Positions 50,190 through 62,709 of a stretch of DNA of 64,000 nucleotides are shown here, one piece after another. The stretch's first letter is position 1. Every line of letters starts with the position of its first letter. The stretch is from Selaginella moellendorffii (Eukaryota; Plantae; Lycopodiophyta). Location: positions 917,169 through 981,168 of the forward strand of contig NW_003314331.1 of the NCBI RefSeq assembly GCF_000143415.4, read 5' to 3'. A program made the translations under genes and the position numbers. Under the pieces are notes generated by a model. The model did not search any database. It was not told the DNA's origin and saw only the letters and a program-made list of their open reading frames with translations.

Positions 50190-52170
50190 ATGTATCTCCT
50201 CCAACACCCATGCTTCTTCAGGAGGGGCATTGCCATCAACGCAGAGGAGTTTGTGTGTCGAGATGTGGCAGATCCAATGCCCTGGAAGCAGGCAAGCGCT
50301 TGCACGCTCTGATCGCGCAGCTGCGATTACATGGCCAACATTGGCCCACCAGAATCGGTAATCTTCTTGTGGAGATGTATGGCAAATGTGGCAGTGCGCA
50401 CAACGGGCGCACAGCATTGATGCCATTGCCGACAAGAACGTTTTCTCTTGGGGCTTCTTGATCGCCGCTTATGCTAGCAGGGATGAGAGATTTAAGGTTC
50501 TTGGGTTGGAGGGAGTAAAACCGGACAAGGTGGCGTTCCTTAGCCTGGTGAGGTCTTGCTTGCATGGCAACCTTGTTCGATTGCTCCTCGAGGAGTGTGG
50601 CCGTAGCAGGATTTGCAGATTGCCACAGAGCTTCTGAGGATGTATGGATCACTGCAGGAAGGCCGAATGGCTCGAACGTTTTTGGAGAGTCTTGGACAGA
50701 AAGATCTGGTGGCCTGGAATGCGATGATCGACGCTCATGGCCGGTGCGGGCAATGCAAAGAGGCATTTCCAATTTACGAGCAAGCGGACAAAGTCACCTA
50801 CACGACGCTTCTTTCATGCTGTGACGATCTGGGCGATGGAGAAGAGATCCATGCTTGTGTAGTGAGGGATGGGATCGAATGGGACGTTGCCATGTCCACT
50901 GCATTGGTGCGCTGCTACGGTCGCTGCGGAAATCCAGAGAAAGCAGTGGCTGTGTTTGAGAATTTCTCAGGGAATAAGGACGTAGGGCTGTGGACTGCGA
51001 TGATCCTCTGCTTCGATCAGAACCAAAAGATCACGGAAGCCATTCCGGGGGATGGAGCAGCATGGTTTTCGAGCAAGCAGCTTTACATTGGTTGCTCTTC
51101 TCCAGGGATTGTCGAGCTCTTCAAAGTCTGGGTTTAGCACAGGCATGATAAACACGATCAGCTCGAGAGCCATGGAGTTTCTGTGTTCTACTGGAGGAGA
51201 TGTCTCAACCAGGGACGATCTAGTTGTTGCTACAGCACTGGTGAAATGCTTTGGAAGTCACAGGAGAATCAATGAAGCTGAGGAGGTGTTTGAGAGATTT
51301 CGACTCTGTAGATTCGACTTGGTGCTCTGGAACGCCATGGTATGGGCTTATGCCGACACCAGCCATCCCGAAGAAGTTCTGTTCGTGCTGAAAAAGATGG
51401 ATCTGGAAGGTGGTAAGGCTGATACGTTCACGTTTGCGACGGATTTAACTGCGTGTGCTGCCAGTTGCGAGCATGCATTGCTATAAACGAGCTTTCTTCA
51501 CGATCGAGCGACCAGTTTGGGGCTTGGATCTGGTAGCAGCAGTTATCAACTCGTACTCCAAGTCCCCCAGAGGCTCGGGCTTGCGAGGAGCGCTTTCGAA
51601 GGACTAGCGACGGACAAACGAGATACAGTTGTGTGGAGCTCCATGAACATGGGATACGCACGATCAGGCCACATCCAAGACGCTCTGGAGATCTTCTCGA
51701 AGATGGATCATCCGGACAAGATCACAATCGCGCAGGTGCTGGATGCCTACGCGGATCTGGCATGCCTCAGCCAGTGCAAGGCCGCTCATCGGGATTTCGT
51801 GTCGCCAAACCAAGAGCTCGAGTCGGAGACAATGGTGGCCAACGCTCTTGTACACATGTACGCGAAGTGTGGGAGCCTGGACGAGGCCAGGAGAGTTTTC
51901 GACAGAATGAGCTTGCAGTCCAGGTACATCGTCTTGTGGACTGCCATGATCTCGGCTTACGCCCAGCACGGCCGGAGCTCCGAGTCGATGGAGCTGTTCC
52001 AGACGATGCAGCAGCAAGGAGTGGAGCCGAATCAAGTGACTTTCATCAGTATCTTGAGCTCTTGCAGCCACTCGGGCTTGATCGATCAAGCAGCATACTG
52101 TTTCTACAGCATGGAGCAAGATCATAGCTTGGTGGCGTCCCAGATTGAATTGCTTTTGAAACTGAATTGA
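50190..52170 (+). pseudogene. Frameshifted PLS-class PPR gene
   Basis: Successive ORFs in different frames; stop at ~51484; NALVHMYAKCGSLDEARRVF..SCSHSG. Confidence 0.8.
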
Positions 52171-52259
52171 ATCAAAGCCGCTTTCTAAGGAGCAAGTCTT
52201 ATGGTTTATATTCATACCATAGGTGATTCATTTATTTCGTCGTTTATTTTTCCACCCAG

Positions 52260-54948
52260 TCAAGCACGAATGAAATCGTTTACCTGGACACTAATGGGGC
52301 TCTGTACATAATGGACGCCATCTGACCAAGTGATGGAGCCAAAAGCATAGTGTCCCACGGAACGAACTATTTTAGCAGCCTCAAACGTGATCTCATACGA
52401 CAGTTTTGTCCCAGAGCTGTTGAAATGGAGAATGTCTGGTTTGACTGTAACTTTGACGCTATGCGGCTCTTCCACAATTGCCCTGTAACTTGAGTATGGT
52501 GTTCCTACGTTTGTCACAACTCTTTTCACTGTTTTGGCTCCCACCAGGTTGGAGATTGTTATCGAGGGATAGTTCAGCTCAGTGGCTGCTAGAGTCTGAG
52601 ACGAGCATTTGGAGTGTTCAATCTTGCAAATGCTGCCCAGACTGCAGCAGAAGAGAGCATAGTCTTGAGGAGTGGTAACGTAAACAAGGCCTGGATCTGC
52701 TGCTTTGGTTGGATTGATGTGTCCTGCACCATATCCGAAGGGGTTGGAATAACTTAGTGTGAAACTATCAGTTATTATATCCCTTGTGTTGTCCATGTTC
52801 CAAGCTGCAAGCGTGATACTTCAGGACAGAACTTGCAAAACCCACAATACCTGTTGTCATAATTGCAGACTTGATTGCGGAGGGGCTCCAATCTGGATGC
52901 AAGGATTTAAGCAAAGCCGCGACACCGGAAACGTGAGGACAGGACATGGACGTGCCACTCATCGCTCCAAAACTCTTTGCTGAGCTGCTTGAATGGCTTT
53001 TTGGAGGAATAGCAGCGATTATGTCAACGCCAGGAGCAATGATATCAGGCTGCAATGCCGGTGATATATCAGATGTTTGAATTTGAAAACCAAAGGACTC
53101 ACAAACCTTCAGAATATCAGGAGAAATTGGGTTTGGTCCCCTGGATGAGAAGGTTGCAACAGTAGGGGCTGGTCCAATCCCGGTCACAGTTTCAGGTGGA
53201 TGGATATAGATCGTTGACGATCTGCAATTGGAGGTAGCCAAGTTCAAATGATGAAGATAAACAAGATCGATCTGGCTTACTTCTCATGTGATCTGTGACC
53301 TAAGAGCTGCACACCGCATGCACTGGGAACTACAAATATAGGGAGCGACAAGTTTCCTGTTATCGATATCAATCCGAATGTATCGGTGATTATAATTCCG
53401 GTGGCTCCAGCCTTTTCGATAGCATCTAGGTCCACGGGAAGCTCCGCGCTGGAAGCAAGGCAAAGGACATACTTCCCTCTCAGGGTGGTACCATTTAATC
53501 TCGCTTCTGTGCAATAGCTGCACAGAATTCACCTCATCAGAGAGACACTAGTGTCCGAATGTATGCATACCCATCCTCCCCAGAGGCAATTCCATGCAAT
53601 CCAACTTCAGAACCGGTCCGGTGCTGTGATGGCGTTGCCTGTCCAAAAACTTCAAAAATGAAGGTTCATACAGCCATTTTGCAAACCTGGCAAGAGGTAG
53701 CATTGTCGGGAAGAACGATCTTTGCATAGAAACCCCGGTCAATAGTGCTTGCTCCCACACTCAGAATCCAGGGAGCAGTGTTCGTGATTGTGGACGGATA
53801 TGGTCCCGAATTGCCACCACTTGCCACAACCAAAATCCCATTCTGGACTGCATGAAATGCGCCAATTGCAATGCCATCCGTGTTGTAGTCGTACGTATTG
53901 TCCACGCCTGCAGAAATGGAGAGGATGTCGACTCCGTCATGAATTGCGTAGTCGATTGCAGAAATAATGTCTGCTTCGAAGCTGCTACTCTCTTCATAGA
54001 GTTTGTACATTGCAAGCCTAGCCATTGGTGCTCCACCACGAGCTATTCCACTGCCAAATTCATCATCGCTGGCTCCATATACAAGCCTGCCTACAGCGGT
54101 CGACGATGTATGCGTGCCGTGAGAGTTTTTGTCCCTGGGTGATCTGTAGTCTTCCACGCTAGGATCCACACTTTGGTCGAAATATCGAGCTCCTATAAGT
54201 TTCCTGCATTCAACCGTTAAAACACATTAAACGACTATACTTCCAAGTCACTCGGAGGTCCCAACAACGAACCTATTACAGTTTGAAGCCGTGAAATTCT
54301 CGCCTATTTGACATATTCCCTTCCATCTTGTGGGAACTGGTGGCATTGATTTGTCATTGAAACTCTCAGCTTCAGGCCATACACCTGCAGAAAAGTTCCG
54401 AGATTTTGGTATCTGCTGCACACTAGAATCTGAAACTTAACAAACACCTGAATCCACAACCCCAACAATTACGTCCACTCCGAAGCCAGATTCTTGCAAA
54501 ATGCCTTTGGGCTTCATGACATCCAATCCAAGGAAGTCCCAGCTGTGAGTTGTATGCAGCTTCATCTTTTTGCTGCGGAACACAGACACAACTCCAGGCA
54601 TCTCTGTTACAGAAGTATTAGCCTGAAAACTGAGAGCACAGCCACTTACTGGACAAAGCTTTTGCATGCCCTGGATTCATATCTGCTGCGAAACCGCTGA
54701 ATCCATGCCGGTAGCTGTACAAAATAGCACGTTTTGCCAAATCTTCACTTCCCAACACACTGGCCAGCGTGTCGTGATGGGATTTCGTTACCAGTTCGTG
54801 GTCTTCAACGGTTTTCTTCCCCATGTAGACTATATAAACCTACGATGGCACCAGTTACCGACCGCTGTAGACTCAATAAAATACTTACCTCTCCCATCAA
54901 GCACTGGATTTGAGCCAGAAGAATAAGAAAAGCGATTAGTCGTGCCAT
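52260..54948 (-). CDS. Subtilisin-like serine protease (S8) with signal peptide, I9 prodomain, PA and Fn-III domains; multi-exon
   Basis: [61 protein letters not shown]. Confidence 0.93.
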
Positions 54949-56094
54949 TCTTCAGGAGTGCAATGCAATGGAAAATCCCTAGCTGCTTTCCGAGCATACC
55001 CGGGGGTTGATATAGAGGCCACCCCAGTCAGCATTCTGACCAGATGTACTGTGTGGGCCTTCAGGCACTCGAATTTTCTTTAGTTGCGATGTTGATCCGG
55101 CTGGCCCATCCGACCACTAGTAGTGGAGCCGCAAACAGCCAATGGGGTTGTCTGTAGTGCTGCCACTTCCCCCACCAATTCATTGCAGCAGAACTTTGAT
55201 TGCAGGATCGAACAGAAACAATGCACAGTACTCATTGCAGGTGAAAAACAAATTCGAGAAGCACATTAGGCTTCGTCCATTGATGATCCTGCATGTAAAC
55301 ACATTCTCTCTACAAAGAAAGTCGATGAACAAGCCGTTCCTGTTCAAAGCTGCGTAAGCTCCTAGTGCGGATAGGAGAATCTGTGTCAATGCAACCACCC
55401 TGGAGCCTTTACTTTTGAGATACTTGCGGTGATTACATCCAAATGTATGCAAGCCTGAAGTGGTGAATCTGCTGTCGATGAGGTGGTATGTGGCACTGGC
55501 TTTAAACTTAATGTGGTACTGGTATGCTGATGCGAGAGTGACGCCTAGAAATTCAACCAAACCCAAAACAAACAGACCTCTACAATTCAATTTGCAAGGT
55601 TCTAAAAAAGACAGCTCTAAGACAAATAATGCTGCTGCCAAGCAGGCCAGGATTTCAAGTTGTTAAAGTTGCATCTTCACATCAAATGCCCGTTTAACTA
55701 TCACTTAGTCAGATATCGTCGTCGGGAGCACGCTGTCAAAATGCAGCCACATAGCTCTTTTGAGATTTTAGGTGAAGTATTAAAAAAAATTCAAAAAAAC
55801 TATTACTTGCAGATGACGTTTAATCAAAGACCACGATGAAGTTGGCCACGCCCAGGGCCAGCGGCCCATTTGGAGGAGCACAATTAACTCGCGCCCGAAT
55901 TTCACCTCTTTATACTGCTCCAGCATGTGGGCTCAATCCACCTGAAAACTAACCTGAAACAAAATGAAAGCAACAAACACGCGTTGACTGAAGAGGATTC
56001 TTTGTATCATGGAGATTTGTTTGACCAGTCACACATTTTAAGAGCGGCGTGTGACGGAGGAAAACGGGTTAGCGATAATATAGTTGGCTTTCAC

Positions 56095-56921
56095 TCACGC
56101 TGCTCGAACTTTCTTCACAACCAAGTTGCTACTAAAACCGGGAGCACTCCTCTTCACTCCACAGCGCCTCCTCCTGTGAATCGTCTTCTTGATCTTACTG
56201 CTGCAATACTCCACGATCCAGGGATGATCCAGCACACCATCCAGCATCAACCTCTCGCTCGGCTCCACAGCCAGCATCCCGCAGATGAGATCCTCCACCT
56301 CGTCTGAGAGAGGACAACCATCCGGGAATTCCCCGGCTCGCAACAACTCGATCTCCCTGGATTGCTTGTAGCCTCTCAGCAACTCCCACATGTCGATGTC
56401 TGTAGTGTAAAAGCTCTGCAACCTTGAGTCACCATGACCACTCTTACAGCTCGTCATCTCCGGGGCCATATACTTCCCGGTTCCACAGTACTGCGACATC
56501 TCCTTGGGGTCGTCCGTGGCCACTCCAAAGTCTCCATCGTGCACGGCAAGAGCGTCCAGCTTGACGAAGATGTTCTTCGGCTTGAGATTCCGGTGGACGA
56601 TGCCACTGGTATGTATCACCTTGAGCGCCTCCGCCAGAAGCTGGATGGTCTTGGCGGCCTCCTTCTCGCCCAGCGGCCCTCCCTTGATCAATCGATGCCA
56701 CAGACTAGGGCCGCACAGCTCCATCATCATGGTCCCGTAGCAAGCCCCGCCGCTCCTCTCCCTCACGAAGCCCGCCAAGGAGACCACTCCATCCCGGCAT
56801 AGCTCGTGGCACCCTTGAGCACGAAAACCTGGCCCTGGCGCCCCAGCCTCTGGCCCCTCGTGTAGATCTTGAGGAGCTCGGCACAATCGTCGTCCTCGAA
56901 CTCACCGTCTTCGCGCACCAT
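56095..56921 (-). pseudogene. Degenerate CAMK/PPCK-like Ser/Thr kinase
   Basis: MELCGPSL, VHRNLKPKN (catalytic D changed to N), DFG, GTGKYMAPE; N-lobe frameshift and deletions. Confidence 0.7.
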
Positions 56922-57619
56922 CGTCCTCTCGCGCAATGATATGAGTAGAAACCCTAGCTTCACATAACGACTATATGTCGACGGCTGGGATGGCGTTTTG
57001 CCGACGGCTGAGATGTGATCGGCGATCAACGGTGCCGATGTGCCTAACCGTGAATATTTTTCGTCACCTTCTTGGACAGGCAAGACAGCGTAGTTGTAAG
57101 TTGAGCTCACTTCCAAACTTTTCTATATAAGCCTCCACAATCTTTTGATCTCGCATTTGTCAAGAAGATTTGGAAGCACAGGACCCAGAACCGGAGGCTT
57201 GTCGAGCTGGGCAAGCTACAAAGTTTTCTTCCTCTACAAAGCTCTCATGTTCTTCGCAAGGATTCACCTTGCGAGCTTTGTTCCAGGATTAAAAATGCGG
57301 ATAAACAACTTGCAATCAACCTGTGACAGGAAACTGGAGGAGCTCAAATTCCTTCTCAAGTTTCTCACACAAAGGCACGTTTTCAAGCCTTCACTCCTCG
57401 ATCTAACACGTGCAAAGGGGATGATCCACTAGGAAGAACTTTGACGTGTTTGCCGGGGAGGTCGGGGAACTTGCAAAAAGTTGGTCCGGCGGCTGAACAC
57501 GCAAAAAGCTCAGAATATAACTAGCCTCGGGAAAGAATCACCCAAGTCAAGCAAATGGCAATCCAGCCTCAACAGCTTGGCGGAAGAAAGGATTCTGTCC
57601 TCGTACTAGGCTTTTGAAA

Positions 57620-58125
57620 ATTTCTAAGCAGGGGCATTGCGATCGACGGGCTCTTGTGTGGAGAAGTGGCAGATCCAGTGCCCTCGAAGCAGGCAAACTC
57701 CATGGCCGCAGGGTCTACAATCTTTTGGTGGAGCGCGCAAGAACGTCTTCTCTTGATCACGGCCTATGCTAGCAGAAAAGAGGGGTGGAGGGAGTGAGCG
57801 AAGCAAGGACACTTAAGGTGGCGTTCCTCAGGCTGGCGAGGTCTTGCTGCAGGGCAACCCTGTTCAGGCGCTCCTTGAGGAGTGTGGCCTGAGCAGAGAT
57901 CTGCAGATTGCCACAGAGATTCTAAGGAATCGAAGCTCTGCTGGCTGGAGAAGTTTTTAAGAAACAGAAAAATCTGGTGACGACAGTGCGGGCAATCCAA
58001 AGATACACGAGCACCTACACGACGCTTTGCTGTGACGATCTGGGCGATGGAGAAGAGATCCACGCTTGTGTTGTGAGGGCTGGGATCGAATGGAACGTTG
58101 CCATGTCCACTTCATTGGGGCGCTT
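57620..58125 (+). pseudogene. PPR remnant (paralog of 50190 region)
   Basis: CCDDLGDGEEIHACVVRAGIEWNVAMST. Confidence 0.7.
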
Positions 58126-58186
58126 TCTGCTCAGTGGACTCGTGCACCTTAAAACTCCCAAGCTTTCAAATCTTAGCTACGGCATA

Positions 58187-58710
58187 TGTTAGGATCCTAT
58201 CCCTTACACCCTAAGCCAACTGGCTAAAGGGGTGATCACTTGATTGCAGGGCCCTTTCCTTATCCTATTATCCTAACCTGGTGCCTAATAATCCTCCCCC
58301 TCGTCAGGGAATGATCGTCCGTGATCATACTTAGGCCATCCTCCGGTCACCATGGTCCTTCTTTTAGGGTCTACCAAACCTTGGTTCTCCCTCTAGATCC
58401 ACCATGTTAAATATTCCTTTAGAATATTCTTGCCCCACTCGTCAGCCACGAGAATCGAACTGGGCAAGAATATTCTAAAGGAATATTTAACATGGTGGAT
58501 CTAGAGGGAGAACCAAGGTTTGGTAGACCTTAAAAGAAGGACCATGGTGACCGGAGGATGGCATAAGTATGATCACAGATGATCATTCCTTGACGAGGGG
58601 GAGGATTGTTAGGCACCAGGTCAGGATAATAGGATAAGGAAAGGGCCCTGCAATCAAGTGATCACCCCTTTAGCCAGTTGGCTTAGGGTGTAAAGGATAG
58701 GATCCTAACA
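58187..58710. repeat. ~250 bp inverted repeat (58187-58435 / 58462-58710), ~26 bp loop
   Basis: tgttaggatcctatcc...ttcttgccc vs gggcaagaa...ggataggatcctaaca. Confidence 0.93.
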
Positions 58711-58927
58711 TTGGTATCGGAGCTATGGTTGGATGGCCTATGGTGGGCATGGACTGGCAGGTAGGGATGTGTGGTGTGTTCAGCTTAGGGGGGAGTGTTG
58801 GAACTAAGCTGAACATGCACACAACCAGGGCAGGTAGCTCAGTGGTAGAGCACCTGGCACTGGTGTAGGAGGTTTTGGGTTCAATCCCCGGCCTGTCCAG
58901 ATCCATTTTCCAACATGGTATCGGAGT
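58595..58927 (+). mobile_element. Stack of TRIM-like units: PPT, LTR-A (58607-58710), PBS, ~65 bp, PPT, LTR-B (58796-58915), PBS
   Basis: TGTTAGG..CCTAACA and TGTTGGAA..TTCCAACA termini; PBS tggtatcggagc/t (iMet type); purine tracts gagggggagga and aggggggag. Confidence 0.8.
58828..58899 (+). ncRNA. tRNA-like cloverleaf within LTR-B (intact A/B boxes, degenerate anticodon arm)
   Basis: GGGCAGG TA GCTC AGTGGTA GAGC A CCTGG CACTGGT GTAGG AGGTT TTGGG TTCAATC CCCGG CCTGTCC A. Confidence 0.75.
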
Positions 58928-61782
58928 AACAATTTACCGGCGTCCATTTCGATTAAGTTATGCGGAGGAGCAAGAAGTTCAACGACAAGTCAAGGAGTTA
59001 CTTGAGTTTGGATTCATTCAGCCAAGTAAGTCTCCATTTGGTGCTCTGGTCTTGCTTGTGAAGAAGAAGGACGGTTCAATGCGAATGTGTATTGACTACC
59101 GCGCTTTGAACAAGAAGACAGTGAAGGATAAGATGCCGATGCCACGTGTAGATGATATCCTAGACAAGCTTGGTGAAGCACGAGTGTTTACCAAGATTGA
59201 TCTGAGGAGTGGATATCATCAGATTGCAATGGATGATGCATCTATCTCTAAGACGGCATTCAACACAAGCTTTGGACATTTTGAGTTTACAGTTATGCCG
59301 TTTGGTTTGACGAATGTACCGGCCACATTTACTCGATTGATGACGGAGGTCTTTGGGCATTATCTTCATGAGTTTGTGGAGATTTTCTTGGACGATATTC
59401 TTGTTTTTAGCAAAAATATGGAGGAGCATAGGGTGCATTTGCGCAAGGTTCTTTTGTTACTCCGAGACAGCAAACTTTATGCGAAGAAGAGCAAATGTGA
59501 ATTTGCAAAGTCAAAGGTGGAATATCTAGGCCATATTGTGACATATAAGGGTGTCAAGACGGATCCAAGGAAGGTGGCTATGGTGGAAAACTGGCCTACA
59601 CCGACTACAGTGGCTGAGTTGCGCAGTTTTCTTGGTATGGCTAGTTACTACCGATGTTTCCAGCATAAGTTTGCAGAGGTGGCTATTCCTTTGACGCGGT
59701 TGTTACGTAAGAATGTGCCATTCGAGTGGAAGACGCCACAAGAGGAGAGTTTTGTGGCGCTGAAACGATTGTTGAGCGAGGCTCCAGTGCTTCGCATTGC
59801 TGATCCATCGAAACCTTACGAGGTGACATGCGATGCGAGTGGTTATGCACTGGGAGGAGTTCTCATGCAAGAGGGACAGCCTATTGCATATGAGAGTCGA
59901 ACTTTGAATTCTGCTGATATTCCACATATGAGCAAGAGTTACTCTCTATTGTTCATGCTTTGCGGACATGGCGACACTATCTTTATGGTGCAGTGTTCGT
60001 GGTGTTGACAGATCACAAACCACTTGTGTATCTTTTCACACAGAAGGAGTTGAACACTAGGCAAGCTCGTTGGATGGTCAAACTCATGGAGTTTGGGGAG
60101 TTTCCTATTGAGCATCGTCCGGGAAAATCAAATGTGGTGGCGGATGCTTTATCTCGTGTTCGTCATGTGACGACGTTACAAACACGATTTTGTCATCATT
60201 TGAGTAAGGTGGTCAGCGAGTTTGGGTAATTGGTTGAGCATGCTCAGGCTCAGGATGCTGAGGTGGCCTCTTTGCGAGACCAAATGGAAGCTCCTTTCTC
60301 ATTGGTGGATGGGATTCTCTACTACAATGGCCGTGTCTATTTGCCACGGGTGGATGCGTTAATTACTCAAGTTTTATTCCACTATCATGATCGTCCAGAG
60401 GCCGGTCATTTTGGGGGGAAGAAGACGTATGAGTTGATTAAGCGCAACTTTTATTGGAGGAATATGAAGGCTGATATCCTCAAGTATTGTAAATCATGCG
60501 AGCTTTGGACTTTTGCAACCTTTACCTATTCCTCAGAGCCGTTGGTGTAGTATTTCTATGGACTTCATCACTTGTTTGCCACGAACACAGAGGCAAAAGG
60601 AGCAAGTATGGGTCATAGTGGATCGGTTGACGAAGTATGTGCGGTTGTTGGCTCTTCGGAAGACTGTCACTGCCTCAGACTTGGCTGCGGTTTACTTGGA
60701 GAAGGTTTTTCCTGATTTTGGTTTGCCAGAGGACATCATTAGTGATCGAGATTCAAAGTTCACTAGTGGATTTTGGAAAAGCTTTGCAAAAGCTATGCAA
60801 GTGACTTTGAAACTCTCGAGTGGAGATCATCCTCAGACGGATGGGCAAACTGAGCGTGTGAATCAGGTGGTGGAGGATATGCTACGTTGTAGCATTGGTC
60901 AAAGGTAAGGACAGTGGGATTTATATCTTCCGTTGGTGCAATTTGCTTACAATAATAGCCAACACAGTGGAACAAAGCTAAGTCCTTACTTTGCCATGTT
61001 TGGAAGGCATCCTCGAACAGCGGTGGAGTTGGGATTGCATTTGAGTAAGGACGTTCAAGATAAGCTTGATTCCGAGGCAACTGATCTGGCCACAGAACTT
61101 GATGAGATTTTGGTGGTGTGCAAACGGAATTTGCAAGCAGCTCAGGATAGAGCGGAGAAGTTTGCCAATGAGCATCGCCAATTCCGGGAATATAAGGTGG
61201 GTGATCTCGTCTTTGTGCGAGTGATCTTTCCGTCAAGTGAGCGGCGGAACACCTTGGTGCCTTTACGGACAGGGAAGAGTGATAAACTCTCCCATTGATA
61301 TGCTGGTCCATATGAAGTGCTGGAGCGCATTGGTAAAGCGGCTTATCGGGTGCGGCTGCCAGCTGGGGTGAAAATTCATCCGGTATTTTATGTCAGCCAG
61401 TTGAAAGGTGTACTATCTCGGAGTGACGGGCCCAATGCCTCCTTGATGTATACGGCTGTGGAAGATGGACCAGGAGCTTGAGCCCCCAGAAAGGGTGATC
61501 ACCAGTACAACTCATCCTTGGGACAAGGACTTTGTTGGGGGGGAAGAATTGTTAGGTGCCAGCTTTGACTACGTGGTCAACGTCGGTCAAAGGGAGGCTC
61601 AAGGGTATATTAAGGCATGTTAGGGTAAGGGACTTAACCTACCCTAGGGCTCACAGTGGAGCGGCAGCGCAGTGGAGCTTTTGAGGTAGCTCGGGGGTGG
61701 TTGGGTGGTGAGGAACCTCAAGAGGTGGCGTAGCATAGTCTAGGGCAACTAGAGCTTTGTCTTTTTGTGCCGGATCATAACA
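58928..61782 (+). mobile_element. Defective Ty3/gypsy retrotransposon: RT-RNaseH-integrase with stops/frameshifts, PPT ~61537-61549, 3' LTR ~61550-61782
   Basis: RMCIDYRALN, DLRSGYHQI, MPFGLTN, FLDDIL, CDASG, TDHKPL, ISMDFI, IISDRD, QTDGQTERVN, GPYEV. Confidence 0.93.
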
Positions 61783-62709
61783 ACGTAGCTCTTCAATGCT
61801 ACAGCATTGTATGTGTACAGATCTTTTATATGTTCGAATGTCTTAGAAGCAATACTTTCGTCTTGCAACTGTGGATGGAATGTCGTTCTTGTTGGCAGTC
61901 ATGGAAGGATGTCTCAAGGAAACCTGTTCTATGTTGATTCCAACACAACTGTTAAACAAACTTAAAAAGAAAGTGTTAGGAATGAGCTCCTCACCGTGGC
62001 AGTGTTGTGCACAGGCATGCAATCAAGGTTTCTGCACTGTTTCATGCCTTACAGATTTGATTAAAGCCAGCATTTTATTTGGGTTTGTTCCTGACTGGTA
62101 AGACTGTGCAAACAAGAGTGGCATACCAATTACATACCAGAAGAAGCTAATGGAGCAGCCGACACCAAATGTAATTGGATCCACATTCTCCTCCTACCAC
62201 CCCACCTGATGGCTGTCATTAGGATCGACAGTTTGCTGGAAGCATGGCTTACTCAATGGACAAAGTGTACATAATGAACGTCCTTAAGAGGTCCATTTAG
62301 AAGCCTATTCACCACCATGCCATAACTTGCCACCTGGAGTGGTCATTTGTCACCAAGCGGGAAGATGGGACACATGGAGTGTTAATGTCATGCAAAGAAG
62401 GCTGCCACCCAGAGCTTACTCAGAGCAATTTGTTGTTGATGATGGCTCTTCACCCATCACTAGTGTCTGCTTTAAAGGTGTTATGGCTGGATAGTGGTGG
62501 TTTGTTTCATATGACTCCTTTAAGATTTATGTTTCACATCTACAATAGGTTATGTTGGCGACAAATGACCACTCCAGGTGGAAGGCCATGGCATGGTGGT
62601 GATCAGGCTTCCAAATGCAACTGCCCAACACTCGCATCCCCCACTATCCTTCCAGTGCTCACAGCCTACCATGCCCCAAGGAGACAAGCACTTCACCCCA
62701 AGGAGTCAA

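Noticed and set aside
55180-55641. 153 aa hydrophobic ORF
   Set aside because: No recognisable motif or reliable start; cannot be supported.
58828-58899. Functional tRNA gene
   Set aside because: Anticodon stem mismatch, no U33, and it sits inside an LTR-like unit; treated as tRNA-derived.
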